From Patellaria atrata CBS 101060 (Eukaryota): a DNA stretch of 64,000 bases. A program made the translations under genes and the position numbers. Below, in pieces: positions 26,383 to 38,636 of the stretch (the stretch's first letter is position 1; the number at the start of each line of letters is the position of its first letter). The notes beneath the pieces are model-generated. The model was not told where the DNA came from. It was given only the letters and a program-made list of their open reading frames with translations, and searched no databases. The DNA is taken from contig MU006089.1 of assembly GCA_010093705.1 (NCBI GenBank), positions 1,552,455 to 1,616,454 of the forward strand, read 5' to 3'.

Positions 26383-26574
26383 CAAAAGTATAACCTCAAA
26401 TGAAAACTTATGAACACCATCAAGATGGAGAGATGAACTTGTAATGATGATCATTGATGAAGTCGCTCTAACCCCCGCAATTAAGAACAGGATATACTCC
26501 AACAACATGCTCCGTCGAATCTCAACTAATCCGAACTATAACGCCTTACCTTATCCATACCAATGCCCACTTCA

Positions 26575-29500
26575 TCATGACAGCGCCTTGAGCGCAAAGG
26601 AAAAGATACTATCCATCGCAACCCACTGCCTCCCATTCTTTTCCAAATGCTTCTTAACAGCTTTCGTGACCGCCCCGAACCTCTCCCTATTATTATCAGC
26701 CAACACCTTCACCAGCTCCGCCTTATCCACAACCTCTCTACTCCCCTTAGCTGCCTCGACCTCTTTCGAGACCTTCTCCTTCGCCTTATCTACATCAAAG
26801 AGACTCGAGAAGTACAGAAGTTGATTATACATCATCTTCTCGGTGTACTCGTACTGCATGCTCATGCGACCGGCGCAGCCCTTGCCCAAGCTCTGCGGAC
26901 CCAAGCACATGTGGCCATAGACACTCATCTGGCGCGTGCGCTTGCTGCACTCGGTGCAGATGAGCCAGGCGTCGTAGTACCGGGCGATCTGCTGGCGGAG
27001 CTGTGCTTCGACTTGGGCGATGACGCTGTAGTTCGGGAAGATGTTGCCACAGCCGCCTTTTGAAGAGGGACACGTGATACCTTGGTGGCTGACTAGCGTT
27101 GGGGAGTTGACGAGGCCTCTGAAGACAAAGGAGATGGTACAACGAGGGCAACGTAGGCTAAGTGGAACGGCAGACTGGAAGCGCTGTTCGTCTGTCAATT
27201 GGGATTCCAGGGGTTGGATCTCGGCGTCTTGATTAGGGGATGAGGATGAAGCGCTTGTGATGCGGTATTTGGTCGTATCGAGTCCTAAACAGCCTGCTAG
27301 ACGAGTGACGTCGGTGCCTGAAATGGGAGCGCATAGACGCTCGACGGGTGGGAGGATCTGTTTGTGGAGATAATAGTCGACGTCGGGTTTGAGATTTGGG
27401 TCTGCCTTGAGATCATCTGGTGGGAACGCGTTCTGAGCAGCCGATGCGTTTGAGCTGTCATTCTTTCCTGTTATAATGAAGGACATGACGTCTTTTGCTT
27501 TAATATGTTCGCCTTTGGCCATACGGCGGAGAGCTACTTGGACTGACGGCATGCTTTTCGCTTCAGGATAATCCTTGGGGTCCTTGCCGAGTTGCGTGTA
27601 GATGATATACTTGTGGTTGGGTATCGAGAATGCACGCATTTTCTCGGTGAGGTCTCGGAGATAATCATGAATCTTTTCCACCACGGTTTCCGGATCCTCT
27701 CCTGATAGTAAGAAGTTCAATAATGCGGAAGACGTATCCTTCGACAATTGGCAGTACTCCCTTCTTCTCATATCGAGACCCTTGACTTCGAGTTGTTCAA
27801 TGTACTTATCATCTACCTTGATCATGTTGATAGCGGCGTACTTCTTCTTCGCGTGGAGTAGAAGTCTTCTGAAAACATTGTCTATATCGATTTCAAGAAG
27901 CCTATACCGCTCGTTGACTGAGCGCTTGAAGTCGTTACCAACCTTCATCGCATCTTGAATATTATCCATATTCGTGTTGATCATGACGGAATCAGTATCT
28001 CCGTAAATGACACGCAGCATGTTGGACTCAGCCAGCTCTTTGGTGCTCTGAAGGATCTCACGACCTTTCGCAGTTGTGAGCATAGCCAAAGGTCGTGCAT
28101 AGAAACGAGACTTTGTATAACCGAGACAGCCATACATGGAATTGGCCGTAAGTTTGAGGGCCAATTGCTTGATATCCCATGTTTGAATTTGATCTGCTGT
28201 AGCAGTCTTGTCTTTCATGGCTTTCTTGACATCTCTACGCCTTTGGACTAATGTCGCGATAAGCTTTGGGAGGATACCTAAAGCTTGATCTCCAGGAACT
28301 TCTGGGACTTGATCGGTATTTTCCAACTAGAGAAGATTAGCACGAAACGTTGAATGACCTTGTAGTCAACTTACAAGATTCGACCTTTCAACTGTTGTAA
28401 AACAGATGTTGTACTCCTGGATGATACTAGGATATAAACTGTTGAAGTCCATGACAAGAATGAACTTGTCGTATAAACCCTTCTCAGGCTCGAACACGAG
28501 ACCACCCTTGAACTTGTCTTTCTTTTTAGCATTGACGCCATCCTCCCCTTGAGCATCTTCATCTTCCACAGTCTTACTGGGCTTGCCGAATACTTTGTCA
28601 GGGCTGATGTACTTATTGCGATGGAACTCATGGAGTAGAATATATTCGTTTCGTTCGGCTCTAGTTCCGCTGAGTGTCCTTGCCCATGAATTTCCGGCAA
28701 GGTTAGTGAGGACTTTGCTGAGAGGAAGCATCTGGACTTTCATAGCAATCGCTGCGATGAAATAGGTGTCCGCTTCGCAATGCTTTACATAATCCATAAG
28801 CCCTCTGGGATCTGTTGCCCATGTCTTCAGAGCATTCTCATTATCAAAGTCTTGCCTAACACCTCGTTTATTCAAAACAAGATCACACATTTCAGTTAGG
28901 CTCCATGACTGGCATTTCATCATAAGGGACTACAGTGTAATGTTAGTCATATCCCACTTAGTATAGAGCAGAGGCTCACCTTTCCCAGGTCATTTGCTAG
29001 ATCGCAAAGAAGTCTACCCGAAGCTAACTGCCTCTCAGCGAAGAAGCTACCACCTCCTTTACCCATATTTGATGGCCATTGAGTGCGTTTGAGTCGACCG
29101 ATCCTGTGCCACCCTGGTGTCTTACGCTCTTTCATTCTGTTTAGAAGTACGGTATAGTCGACATCTTCTAGCTTATGGCCCATGAGAACGTCTGGATCCA
29201 TCATAGCTAGAATCGCCAGGAATTTACTTAGGAGACCCATCTCATTACGTTCCATTTGGATGCTTCCTTTATGCTTGCTAATCTCCTGTTGGAAACCAAT
29301 GGGGTAAGAATTACCATATGGACGCATTACTGTATATGATTTGCAGGGCAACTCGTCTACTGGAGTTGTATCAGTCAGTGACACATTCGAATAAACTCTA
29401 GCGCTTGCAACAAGAATCTCCTGCTTGTTGTCCTTTGCGTTGAATGTTGTTCGCAAGGAAATGCTCATCAAGGTCAGTGATGGGATTTCCAGATTATCGG

Positions 29501-31176
29501 AGTCCGGAAGAGTTGTAATAAGATTTGGTTTCGTGACCTGAAGCTCAAGTTTACACCAGGACGCGTTGTTTACAGCGTGAAAGTCGGCCCCTTGGATTTG
29601 TAACCAGCAGGGACCCATGATGTTCTTCCAGAGAACGAATTGTTCAAATAAGGCAGTATTAGCCCCAAAAACGTGCGAGAACGTGTCTCCTCTGAGATCG
29701 GTTGAAAGAGCAGGTTTTGTGTAGGGATAAAGAAGTTTCAAGTAGTCTGCTTCCTTCGGAATACCAGGCAACTCGAACGCATACTTCCTAGTGCAATCCT
29801 TGATCTTATGCATATCAACGCGCAGACGCGCCATAATCTCATCAACCTCATCGGATACATCGCTCATTCCGACCTCCTCTGAGGTGTCCCGACCATGTCG
29901 TTGACGGTATTCGCGGGGGAGGAAATATAGCTTCCTAAGGATATTGTCCACCTTCACGAAGCAGCTGACGAAGTTGCCAGTACTTTTGTCTTTAACTTTT
30001 CCAAATAGACAGAGACTGCCATTCACTTCGGTGTAATCCAACCAAAACATTCGTAAACTTCCGTCCTCCTCTAGGGCGGCGTCCGGCTTCAACTTTCCAA
30101 ATGAAGCCGTCTCTGGGGCTGGACTACTTAATATGTTGAGTTTACTCGTAACAGCATTCAAAGCTGAGGCGTCCAGTTCCTGTAGCGGACGGGTGGGAGA
30201 AGAACTATCGGGTGTGGGATACTCTGTTTTCTTCATTTTGGGCAGAGGTTTACGGCCTGCCATGTTTACACTAGCTGTATTCGCAGAGGCATGACCAACG
30301 GCTTGTGTGACTTCCATCATCTCGTCATCATCCTCTTGCTCTACCTTCACTGTATTTTGTAATTTCCTTTCCACAGCCTTTGTCACTGGTGATGACGGTA
30401 GTGGATCACTCATTGGAACATCATCATCGATTACGGGCATATATCCATCGTCATCGTCGAATGTCACAGCAGGCGGCAGGCTATCTGCTATAACATCATG
30501 ACGTTGCTGCTTGCTAGACGCCTTAGGTTTGGAGATAGGGGGAGATAAAACGCGTGTCTTGCGACGTGACTCATTCTTTATCGTCCGAGGAACAGGCCGA
30601 CGGCTAGGAAGGTTTGTGTCTACTTCGCCTAGAAGATCAGCCATAAAAGCAGCGTCTTCTGCGGTCGCCACAGGCTATTCTCAAATTAGCAACTGTATAC
30701 AGAGAGCATTTTGCGGGACAGGAACCTTATGTTTAGATGCAGCAACAGCAGCATTCGCATTAAAGTACTTGCTGATACCATTGTTGATCTTATTCTTCTT
30801 TTCTCGATCTTCGTCGCGTTTTCGTTTTACTATGGCGGGTGAACGGCATTAGAAATTCCTTGGATGATACTTAAGGATTATTAAAAGAATACATACCTGC
30901 TTTACCTTTCGATGGTCGCTCTTCCTCGCTCTCACTGGAGTACTTTTGCCTCTCATCATCCCATTCCTCTCTACCATCGTCGGCGTAGCCCTCGCCATTG
31001 TCGTCTACGACGAAATCATCCTCATCTAGACGTTTCCTGACAACTTTCTTATAACCCTCCTCGTCAACTTCCTCGTAAATACTCTTCTCCTCTTCAACTT
31101 CGTAAGTGGAGATACGCGTCTTGCCCGCTGCACGAAGGGCCCTAAGCTCCGCCAATTTCGCCGCTCTGGCAGCCAT
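26575..31176 (-). CDS. POL1: DNA polymerase alpha catalytic subunit; 5 exons, introns 30896-30830, 30725-30675, 28979-28930, 28374-28327
   Basis: '[16 protein letters not shown]', B-family motifs '[11 protein letters not shown]', '[12 protein letters not shown]', 'IYGDTDS', and C-terminal Cys4 zinc modules. The introns join the ORF pieces in frame. Confidence 0.98.
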
Positions 31177-31298
31177 GTTGAGAATAGGGGTTTTAAGAGA
31201 TAGAACAAGTATATCCAAAGGATGGGACACGAGTTTTTAAATCTTCAGAACATTTGTGAGAAGCATTGTTTGAGTATGGCGAAGAAGAGAGATGCGGG

Positions 31299-31391
31299 AC
31301 GCGACTTTATCTCGCTTCACGCGTCCCCTGTTAAAGTGGCCTTGTTAATTGATGGTCTGTGCGCATTTCGCGTCATTGTTGATTTTCGCGT
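31299..31391. promoter_or_regulatory. Cluster of four MCB-like elements (ACGCGW) in the POL1/REX2 divergent promoter
   Basis: ACGCGA 31299, ACGCGT 31319, TCGCGT 31368 and 31386. MCB/MBF control of POL1 is established in yeasts. Confidence 0.6.
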
Positions 31392-31510
31392 CCCATCCCC
31401 AACCCTCTTGTACGTTTGATTATTCATCTCTCTTTCTGATTGATAATTCCGTCATGCTATACAAGAAGATCTCCAAGTGTACATAAAGGGAAATTACGAA
31501 TTTGGTCGAC

Positions 31511-32142
31511 ATGCCCGAATCAGTTTCCAAGGAACCGTTGGTATGGATTGACTGTGAAGTACGCATCACACTTGGATAGTCACCTCAACTCGTTTTGTCT
31601 AATCCCCCTAGATGACTGGTCTAGATATAGAAAATGATACGATTCTTCAGATTGCATGCTTCGTAACGGATTCTCAGCTTAATCTGCTTGATGAGGAGGG
31701 ATTCGAAATTGTCATACATCATGATGAAGAAGTTTTGACAAAAATGGGAGAGTGGTGTAGAGAACACCACAGCGCTTCCGGTCTTACGGCAGCGGCCATA
31801 TCTTCGACAATCACTGCCGAACAAGCTGCGAACAACTTGTTTGAATACATAAAGCGTTTCGTCCCAGAGAAGCGAAAGGCTCTGTTAGCGGGCAACAGTG
31901 TTCATGCAGATCAAACATTTCTCCGTAAACAACCTTACACCCCAATCATCCAGCATTTGCATCATCGAATCTTGGACGTCAGTGCGATCAAAGAAGCAGC
32001 GAGACGATGGGCTTCAGAGGATATTCTGGCTAAGACTCCACAGAAGCAAGGGCTCCACGAAGCTCGTGCAGATATTATTGAGAGCATCCGAGAAGCAAAG
32101 TATTATAGAGATGTCCTTTTCCAAGCACCTGGAGAGCGTTAG
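31511..32142 (+). CDS. REX2: Oligoribonuclease (DEDDh, Orn/Rex2); intron 31559-31611
   Basis: 'PLVWIDCE|MTGLD', 'LLAGNSVHAD', 'HHRILDVS', 'HEARADIIESI'. Confidence 0.95.
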
Positions 32143-32750
32143 GGTGTGAGAATCACAGAAATTGTACCTACCTATACTCCCTCATACGAAAACGTAGCAT
32201 TTCGCGTGTGTTTTCTCACTTCTCGGCATTACACAAGATCCCATAAGGTACATTGTAGCTCGGACGGCGTCACTCATTCACTTCAAGGAAGGATAACCGC
32301 TCGGATTAGCAACACACGAACCCACGTAATACGTTTCCGGTGTTTTATCTCCTCTGGGGATATACCGTAGTTAAATTTTTTATTCGGTTATTTCCTAAGA
32401 AAATGACACTAATCGTGGTTCAAATGAGATGGATCCGAGGGGAACAGCATCGCCAGTCAGCAATTTGACCCTCAAGATGCTGAGTATGGTCCTCTAATAC
32501 CTTACTCTTGTTCGTCCGAAGCTTTGGGTGAGGAAACTTGGTTATTTGATACTGACAGAAAGGAACGTTATGGACCCACAACCACACGATCAATCAGAAT
32601 CTTGATACGCAACCGGTTGGGTATAAAATTCTCATCATTTCCCTCTCTCGTCCCCAAAACCCTTCCACAATCCTCTCGCATACCAACCTCCCCTCTATTT
32701 TCATACGAGCAATTTCTTCTGACGATAAATCGCACAGAGAAACAAACAAA

Positions 32751-33314
32751 ATGAAATTCCTTCTCAGCATCCTGATACTGATCCCAATGCTCAAAAAAGT
32801 ACTGGTGCTGTTCATGGTCCTCTACACTGAGATTCCAGGGGCCGAACCATTCCACCTTATAGACCGCGAGTTAGGCCGTAATCTCGTAGTCGCCGAATCT
32901 TTAGTGGCCGCACTATGTACATTGGGTTCCGTTATGGGACTGTTTTTGACCTAGCGTAAGGCTCCTCGGACATATGCTATCAACTTATGGCCTCTATGTT
33001 TGCTCGGGATTCTGGTTCTCCAAGTCCCCCTGGGTATACAGCATACCTTTAGGTGGTTCATCCTTTAGCCAAACACCAAAGGCGATCTCACTTTCACCAA
33101 ACCTCCAACGACATCCTTTTCACACACACTTCATATCAACCGGTTCCATGGCATTCGGTTAGGCCCAATGGCCCCCCACTACATCCTTGGTGCGGTCTTC
33201 CATATCCGAGTTCATCAACCGACTTACCACGAGCTCCCAAACAAACCCAGCCGAGGGAAGAGCAGCATCACCACTACGTCGTCAAGCGCTACGTACCGCC
33301 GCAGCTCAGGATAG
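32751..33314 (+). pseudogene. Small membrane-protein-like frame interrupted by two in-frame TAG codons (or a 67-aa ORF ending at 32954)
   Basis: ATG preceded by AAA and a hydrophobic N-terminus. Reading through TAG 32952 and TAG 33066 adds further hydrophobic segments without any frameshift. No family recognised. Confidence 0.35.
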
Positions 33315-34236
33315 CAGCCAGAGTACCCACCACAGTGCAAGGTATCCACATGATCCTAAATGTTCCAAGCAGCCAGACTATTGACAATCGGGGATCCAAG
33401 CAACCAGACCGCCGACAATCGCGGATCTCTTCCGCTACCACATATACCCACCATCAGTACTTACGGCGGAACGGGTGAATGAGTGCACGTACCTAGCATT
33501 CTCGAGTGGGGAGGCACGCTTGCTGGAATATTACACTAGCTCTAGGAATTACTGGATGTGTACAGTATGCGGTTTGCAGGTTGTGACTTGTACTGTATCG
33601 TATCAGACCCAATGTATCACTTCGATTTGGGGGATAGGTTTGGATGTACTTCATGTAGATCACTGTACTCCAGCTGTATTTTGTTCAACAACATCAATCC
33701 ATATCATACTTCTATTTCTTTCAACCGAAGCCAAGCGCTCATATGATGAACTTGTCTTATACGAGGACATCTATACTACCTTAGTGTCCAATATCTACGA
33801 ACATGGACCAAGACACAGGACTCTTTACACGTCCACAAACCCTACCCTTATCTCGAATCCCTTCACTGCCCTCCTGCCAGCTTTCCACCCTACCAACCAG
33901 ATGTGGATACAGTGAGTTCTGTGGAGTAATATAGAACTGTCCATCCGTTGAATTATCCAATCAGTACGATATAGCGTAACCGTATACCGTATTGGCTGAA
34001 AGTAACATATGAATAACTCACAACGTACAGAAGAAGTACGATCGCTTACCGTGGATACTCGAATAGCTTTTTTCAGATAAGTCATTGCCATTCATGCAAT
34101 ATTGGTATATTAGTACAGTACATATTTCCAACATCCAGTTTCCAAACCCACCGTTCCCTATTGATTCTCCTCCTTTATCTTTATATGCCCCAACAAAACC
34201 CAAAAAGTCAGCTCAAACACCTAAGAAAGAAATTCC

Positions 34237-35997
34237 CTACACAGTCGCCGACTCCAATTGTTTCGTATCCGCCGCTCTACCCGCAACACTACTCTTCCTC
34301 CTCTTCGCAACCTGCACTCTCTGCTGTCCGATACTCTGCGCAAAGTTACTCCTCGCACGGATCTGCGGACCCTTTTTATAGAAGATGTAGATCGGGACCG
34401 TCACGACTACTGCGATGCAAGCAAGGATAGTGGATGCGTATTCGACGGGGCGGCCTGGGATGTAGGCGTACATAGGTGCGGAATACATAGCTGCAACACC
34501 AGCAAGGAAATCACGAGCGAGATCGTTGCCACCCGTTGCTGAGGCGGCGTAGGGGCCATAAGCGGCAGTCATGTAGTCGATTGAGGATTGGTAAATCGCG
34601 TACTGGGATTTTTATTAGTAATAGTCACCAGGAAACAATATATTTGATCATACATTCGCTATACCGACGAGACACGAGAATATCATTGGCGCTATCCAGG
34701 GGATGCCGTAGTCTGGTCCTAGACTCGTCCACGCAAAGCCGAACATACCGACAGCTTCTAGAGGAGCGACTAGAGTAGATGTATTAGCAACAACGGGCTT
34801 TATTCTCTGGATATTGGGTCCTTACGGTAGAGGAGCCACCATAGCCGAACTTCTGGTTCAAGACGATCAGGATCCTTACGGCGGATTCCACGGAAGCGGT
34901 GTATGGACGGCAGGTAGGAAAGATATGCAAGGATGTATCCGATCAATAGCCTAGGAAAAGTTGATTAGTATGATTAGATGACATTATTGAAGGGCTGAGA
35001 TTCAATCTTACGGTATGAAAGCAAGACTAATACCAATGGTCCCAAAACCCCATTTTTCATAGACAGGTTGGAAACCTTGAAGGAAAGTGAAGATCAGTGC
35101 ATCGCTAAAACCAGAGAGGAGCGATAACCAAAGCACGATAGGCTCTGTAAAGAACATGTAAAAAGGTCGATAGACAATCGTCCAGAACTCCTTCAAGGTT
35201 ATCCGCTTCTCTTTAATTTCATTTGGTCCGTAGATATTCGTTTCTCCCGCAGCCCGTCTCTTCTTTGCTTCACGGTCAAGTAGGATTGTTGCCCTAGTCT
35301 CCGGGTTTGCGACAAGGTGAACAAACTGGACGAACCCTCCGATGATCAGCTGTATCCAGAAGATCCATGCTAAACTGAGGTTGTGTTCTACGAATCCTCC
35401 AGCAACGGCACCAACCACCGATCCTCCCACTGAGGAAAGCACAAGAAATGCAACAGCATATTCTTGTTCATTTGGTTCCCACATATCAGCGAGGACACCC
35501 AAAGTCACAGATCCGCCGGCAGTGCTCAATCCTCCTAGAAATCGACAAATAACGTAGGTCCCATAGTTTGGCGCAAGTGCGCATGGTATTTGCCAAATAT
35601 TGACCAAGAACAAACTAGCCTGTTGAATGGGCCATCTCCCAAACTCCTCACTCCAGGGGGCCCACAACTCACAACCGAAAGCATATGCGACGAGAAACAT
35701 CATCTGGGGTATGCGAGCAACCTGCTTTGTAGTGTGGAAATTTTCTGATATAGCTGCTACGCCGTTTGCATACATCGATGCATTCAGATTCATACTGATT
35801 TGAATCAGAAAGACGACACCTAGAATCTGCCATTTCCGCCAAGTTGGAAAAGAATAGCCAAGTTTGTCCCAAGCATCAGCCTCTGTGAGCTCAATCTTCC
35901 CATCTGCTCTCTTTTGTGGGCTAGGAGAACGGGATTTCTCGGGCATATCTCGCTCGGCACGGTCGCCATGCTCATATCGGGGGTCTGAGGTCGCCAT
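34237..35997 (-). CDS. MFS transporter, DHA1 multidrug-type; 4 exons, introns 35011-34951, 34825-34770, 34653-34603
   Basis: 'WAPWSEEFGRWP', 'RFLGGLSTAGGSV', 'PETR', 'RPFYMFFTEPIV', 'PEVRL', 'IDYMTAAYGPYAASA'; about 12 hydrophobic segments after splicing. Confidence 0.92.
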
Positions 35998-36960
35998 TGT
36001 CGAGCTGATGGGTGTAGTTTAGTTTCTTTGGACTAGACTCAAGCGAATACTCGAAGACTCGAATATATATGTCCAAGAATTTGTGACTCTCATACGGTGT
36101 CTTAGTATGAGTTGTATATGGAAACAAAAGAGATAAGAATATGAGACTTGTGAGTTAGAAAATGCTTGAAGACAAGGCACGGTCTCAAAACAAAAACAAG
36201 GGAGAGAAAAGGTACTTCAGACTGCCGTGAGTACGTGACTGGAAATAAGCATAGCAGACGGTCTTATCAACGCTTATATCTCTTGGGGGAAGATCTTAAG
36301 CATTTTATAAAAGAAACAAGCTTGCGGTGTCGACTTGCGACTTTACAATAGAGCATTCTTGACTTGGCCTACGTCAATGGCTACCGGGTGCGCGATCCCT
36401 CCCGCGTCGTCACCAATAACAATTCGACATGGAGAGTTAGTACGGACGTTGGATATGCTTATCCCATCGAAGATCGTACACCTCGATACACGTTAGAAGC
36501 GTAATTTGTGCGACTACTACTGTAGTACTTGAATGCACTGTCAGAGGGCCTGATATTCGTTCGTCGGAGTTCGGAATGAGGCGGTGGAGAAGAATCGAAT
36601 AGACGGATGCGTATGATGCGTTTAGGATACTCAGGGGTTGGATCACCAGCACCGTCATGACTTGTACACCAACAGTCTGGGAGCTGGGAAACTCGAAATC
36701 GGTATTGAGCTGCACAGGCAGACTGTGATAGACGAGCAGATAATTTCATCCCTAGGAGTGTAATTCCCTGGCTTAGAAACTTATACTTGACCTTCTGCTT
36801 CGAAGAAAGGGAAGTTTTTAGCATCGGCAAAACTCGCTGACAAAGCTCCCTATTCCCACTTCTGCGCCGAGGAAAAACCATACACCACCGCATTTCCTTA
36901 TCAAGAGTTATTATACTTGACTAATATATTATAAACACCGTTCAGATTACATCATTGCCA

Positions 36961-37032
36961 GGGCGTTTAGCTCAGTGGTAGAGCGCCCGCTTTGCATGCG
37001 GGAGGTCGAGGGTTCGATCCCCTCATCGTCCA
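36961..37032 (+). tRNA. tRNA-Ala (anticodon UGC), intronless
   Basis: Full cloverleaf: GGGCGTT/ATCGTCC acceptor with G3:U70, D stem GCTC/GAGC, anticodon arm CCCGC-TT-TGC-AT-GCGGG, T arm GAGGG-TTCGATC-CCCTC, discriminator A, then T-runs. Confidence 0.96.
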
Positions 37033-37314
37033 TTTGTTTTGCTTTTGCTGGTTTCACAACCTAGGTGTTTACTTTGTGCATGTTAGCTGGTTAAGTTGAT
37101 AGTATGGAAGAGATTTTTTTGAATGGTGGGGGAGTTGGTAGGTCAATCTTGGCTGGAAACGGGTGAAACTATCGTGACAAATCACTTTTTACAGTACGAA
37201 CTTGACGGAGTATGATTTCAATTGTTTTTACAATTTTTATTCATTCTCTATTCTATTCAATCTATCTATAGTCGTCTCTCATACCGACATGAGCATACTG
37301 AAGACGAATCCCCT

Positions 37315-38636
37315 TCATGATCTCCCAGAGACCTTGTAGGTCGAGTCAATATCTCCCCACTTGATCTGGCTGAAGGTGACGGAGGTATCAGGTTGAGACT
37401 CTTTGATAACCGCTGGGTCACCCTCAGTGTCAGTGCAGGGACCAGCCTCGCCGCTATCGAGCCACTTCATGAACCCACCCTCATCCCACCAGACGCTGAA
37501 AGCAAGAACCATACCCCGGGACAAGGCAGCGCCCATACCGGCAGTAGCACCGAGATCCATGTAGCGTCTGGAGCCGGTAAGCTCGCAGAAGTTATCCTCT
37601 AGGTAGTCTTGCTTCGGCAGACCTTCGACGTTGATCATAGCGTTTTGGATGAGCTTTCCATCCTGGATATAGAGACGTTTGATGGCGACGAGCTTGCCGT
37701 TCTTTTGGGGGAACTGGGTTACGACAGTGAAGGGCTTTTTGGTGTCGACTTTAAGACCATCCCGGCCGTAGTACTGCGTCTGGTTGACCCTGTAAGGGTT
37801 GTAGCCGCAGCCGTTCTTGTCGCAGACACCTTCGAATGCGCACTCCTCGCCGGTGCACTCGTAAAGGCCAGTTTGGTTGCAAGGATGGGGTGCAAGATGA
37901 GTTGACCTGGAGTTGGCCTCCCAGATATCCATCTCATTGCAGCATGAACCTTTACCTTCAATGTTTCCCTGTGCTGTATTAGCGAGTCGGTTCACAGTTT
38001 AGGATCCATCTAGTAACTTACAACACCGTTAATGAAGGGAGTAGTGAAGCATTGAGCATCACAGTATCCAGTTCCGTAGTAAGCACCACCCTTGTTTAAG
38101 GAGCTCTTAGCACCATCTGCAGCCATCTCTGAGAGGTACAGAGCGCCGTTCATGCCGCAAGGTAACTTGGAAGCGTCGACATCAAAGGTGAGTTCCTTGC
38201 CTGTCAACTTGAGCATTTCATACTTCTGCTCATTCGGAGCTAGAAGGTAGACGCGAGGGCTAACGACTGAGCCATCCTCTTTGATTTGCCGAAGATAGAG
38301 GCTGCTTCCTGAAGTCTTGACTCCGTATTGGGTATAATCCATAATACCATCCATGATACAGTTCTCCGCGCATGACGCTTCATCAGGGCAAACAGTAGCA
38401 TTAGGCGCCTGTCCCCAGCTTCCGCAACCAAGACTAGGATTGTCTTTTTGGTATACGGGATGAGCGAGTGAGTCTAAGACAATCGCATTATTCTGCTTGA
38501 CACAACCACCTCTCTTTGTGCACTTCCATGTGTCGATCTTAGGATGTACCTCGCGGGTTGGGCCAGGCTTTTGGGCCGTGGCAAACCCGAAAAGAAGGGA
38601 AGTGAGAAAGACAAGAGCTGGAGCCATTGTGGTCAT
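37315..38636 (-). CDS. GH7 endoglucanase (EGI/Cel7B-like), no CBM; intron 38021-37969
   Basis: Signal peptide ending at Gln, 'VSPRVYLL', 'KLPCGMNGALYLSEM', 'YGTGYCDAQC', catalytic 'CCNEMDIWEAN', 'WLDSG'. Short loops suggest an endo-type enzyme. Start is 38636 or 38627. Confidence 0.94.
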
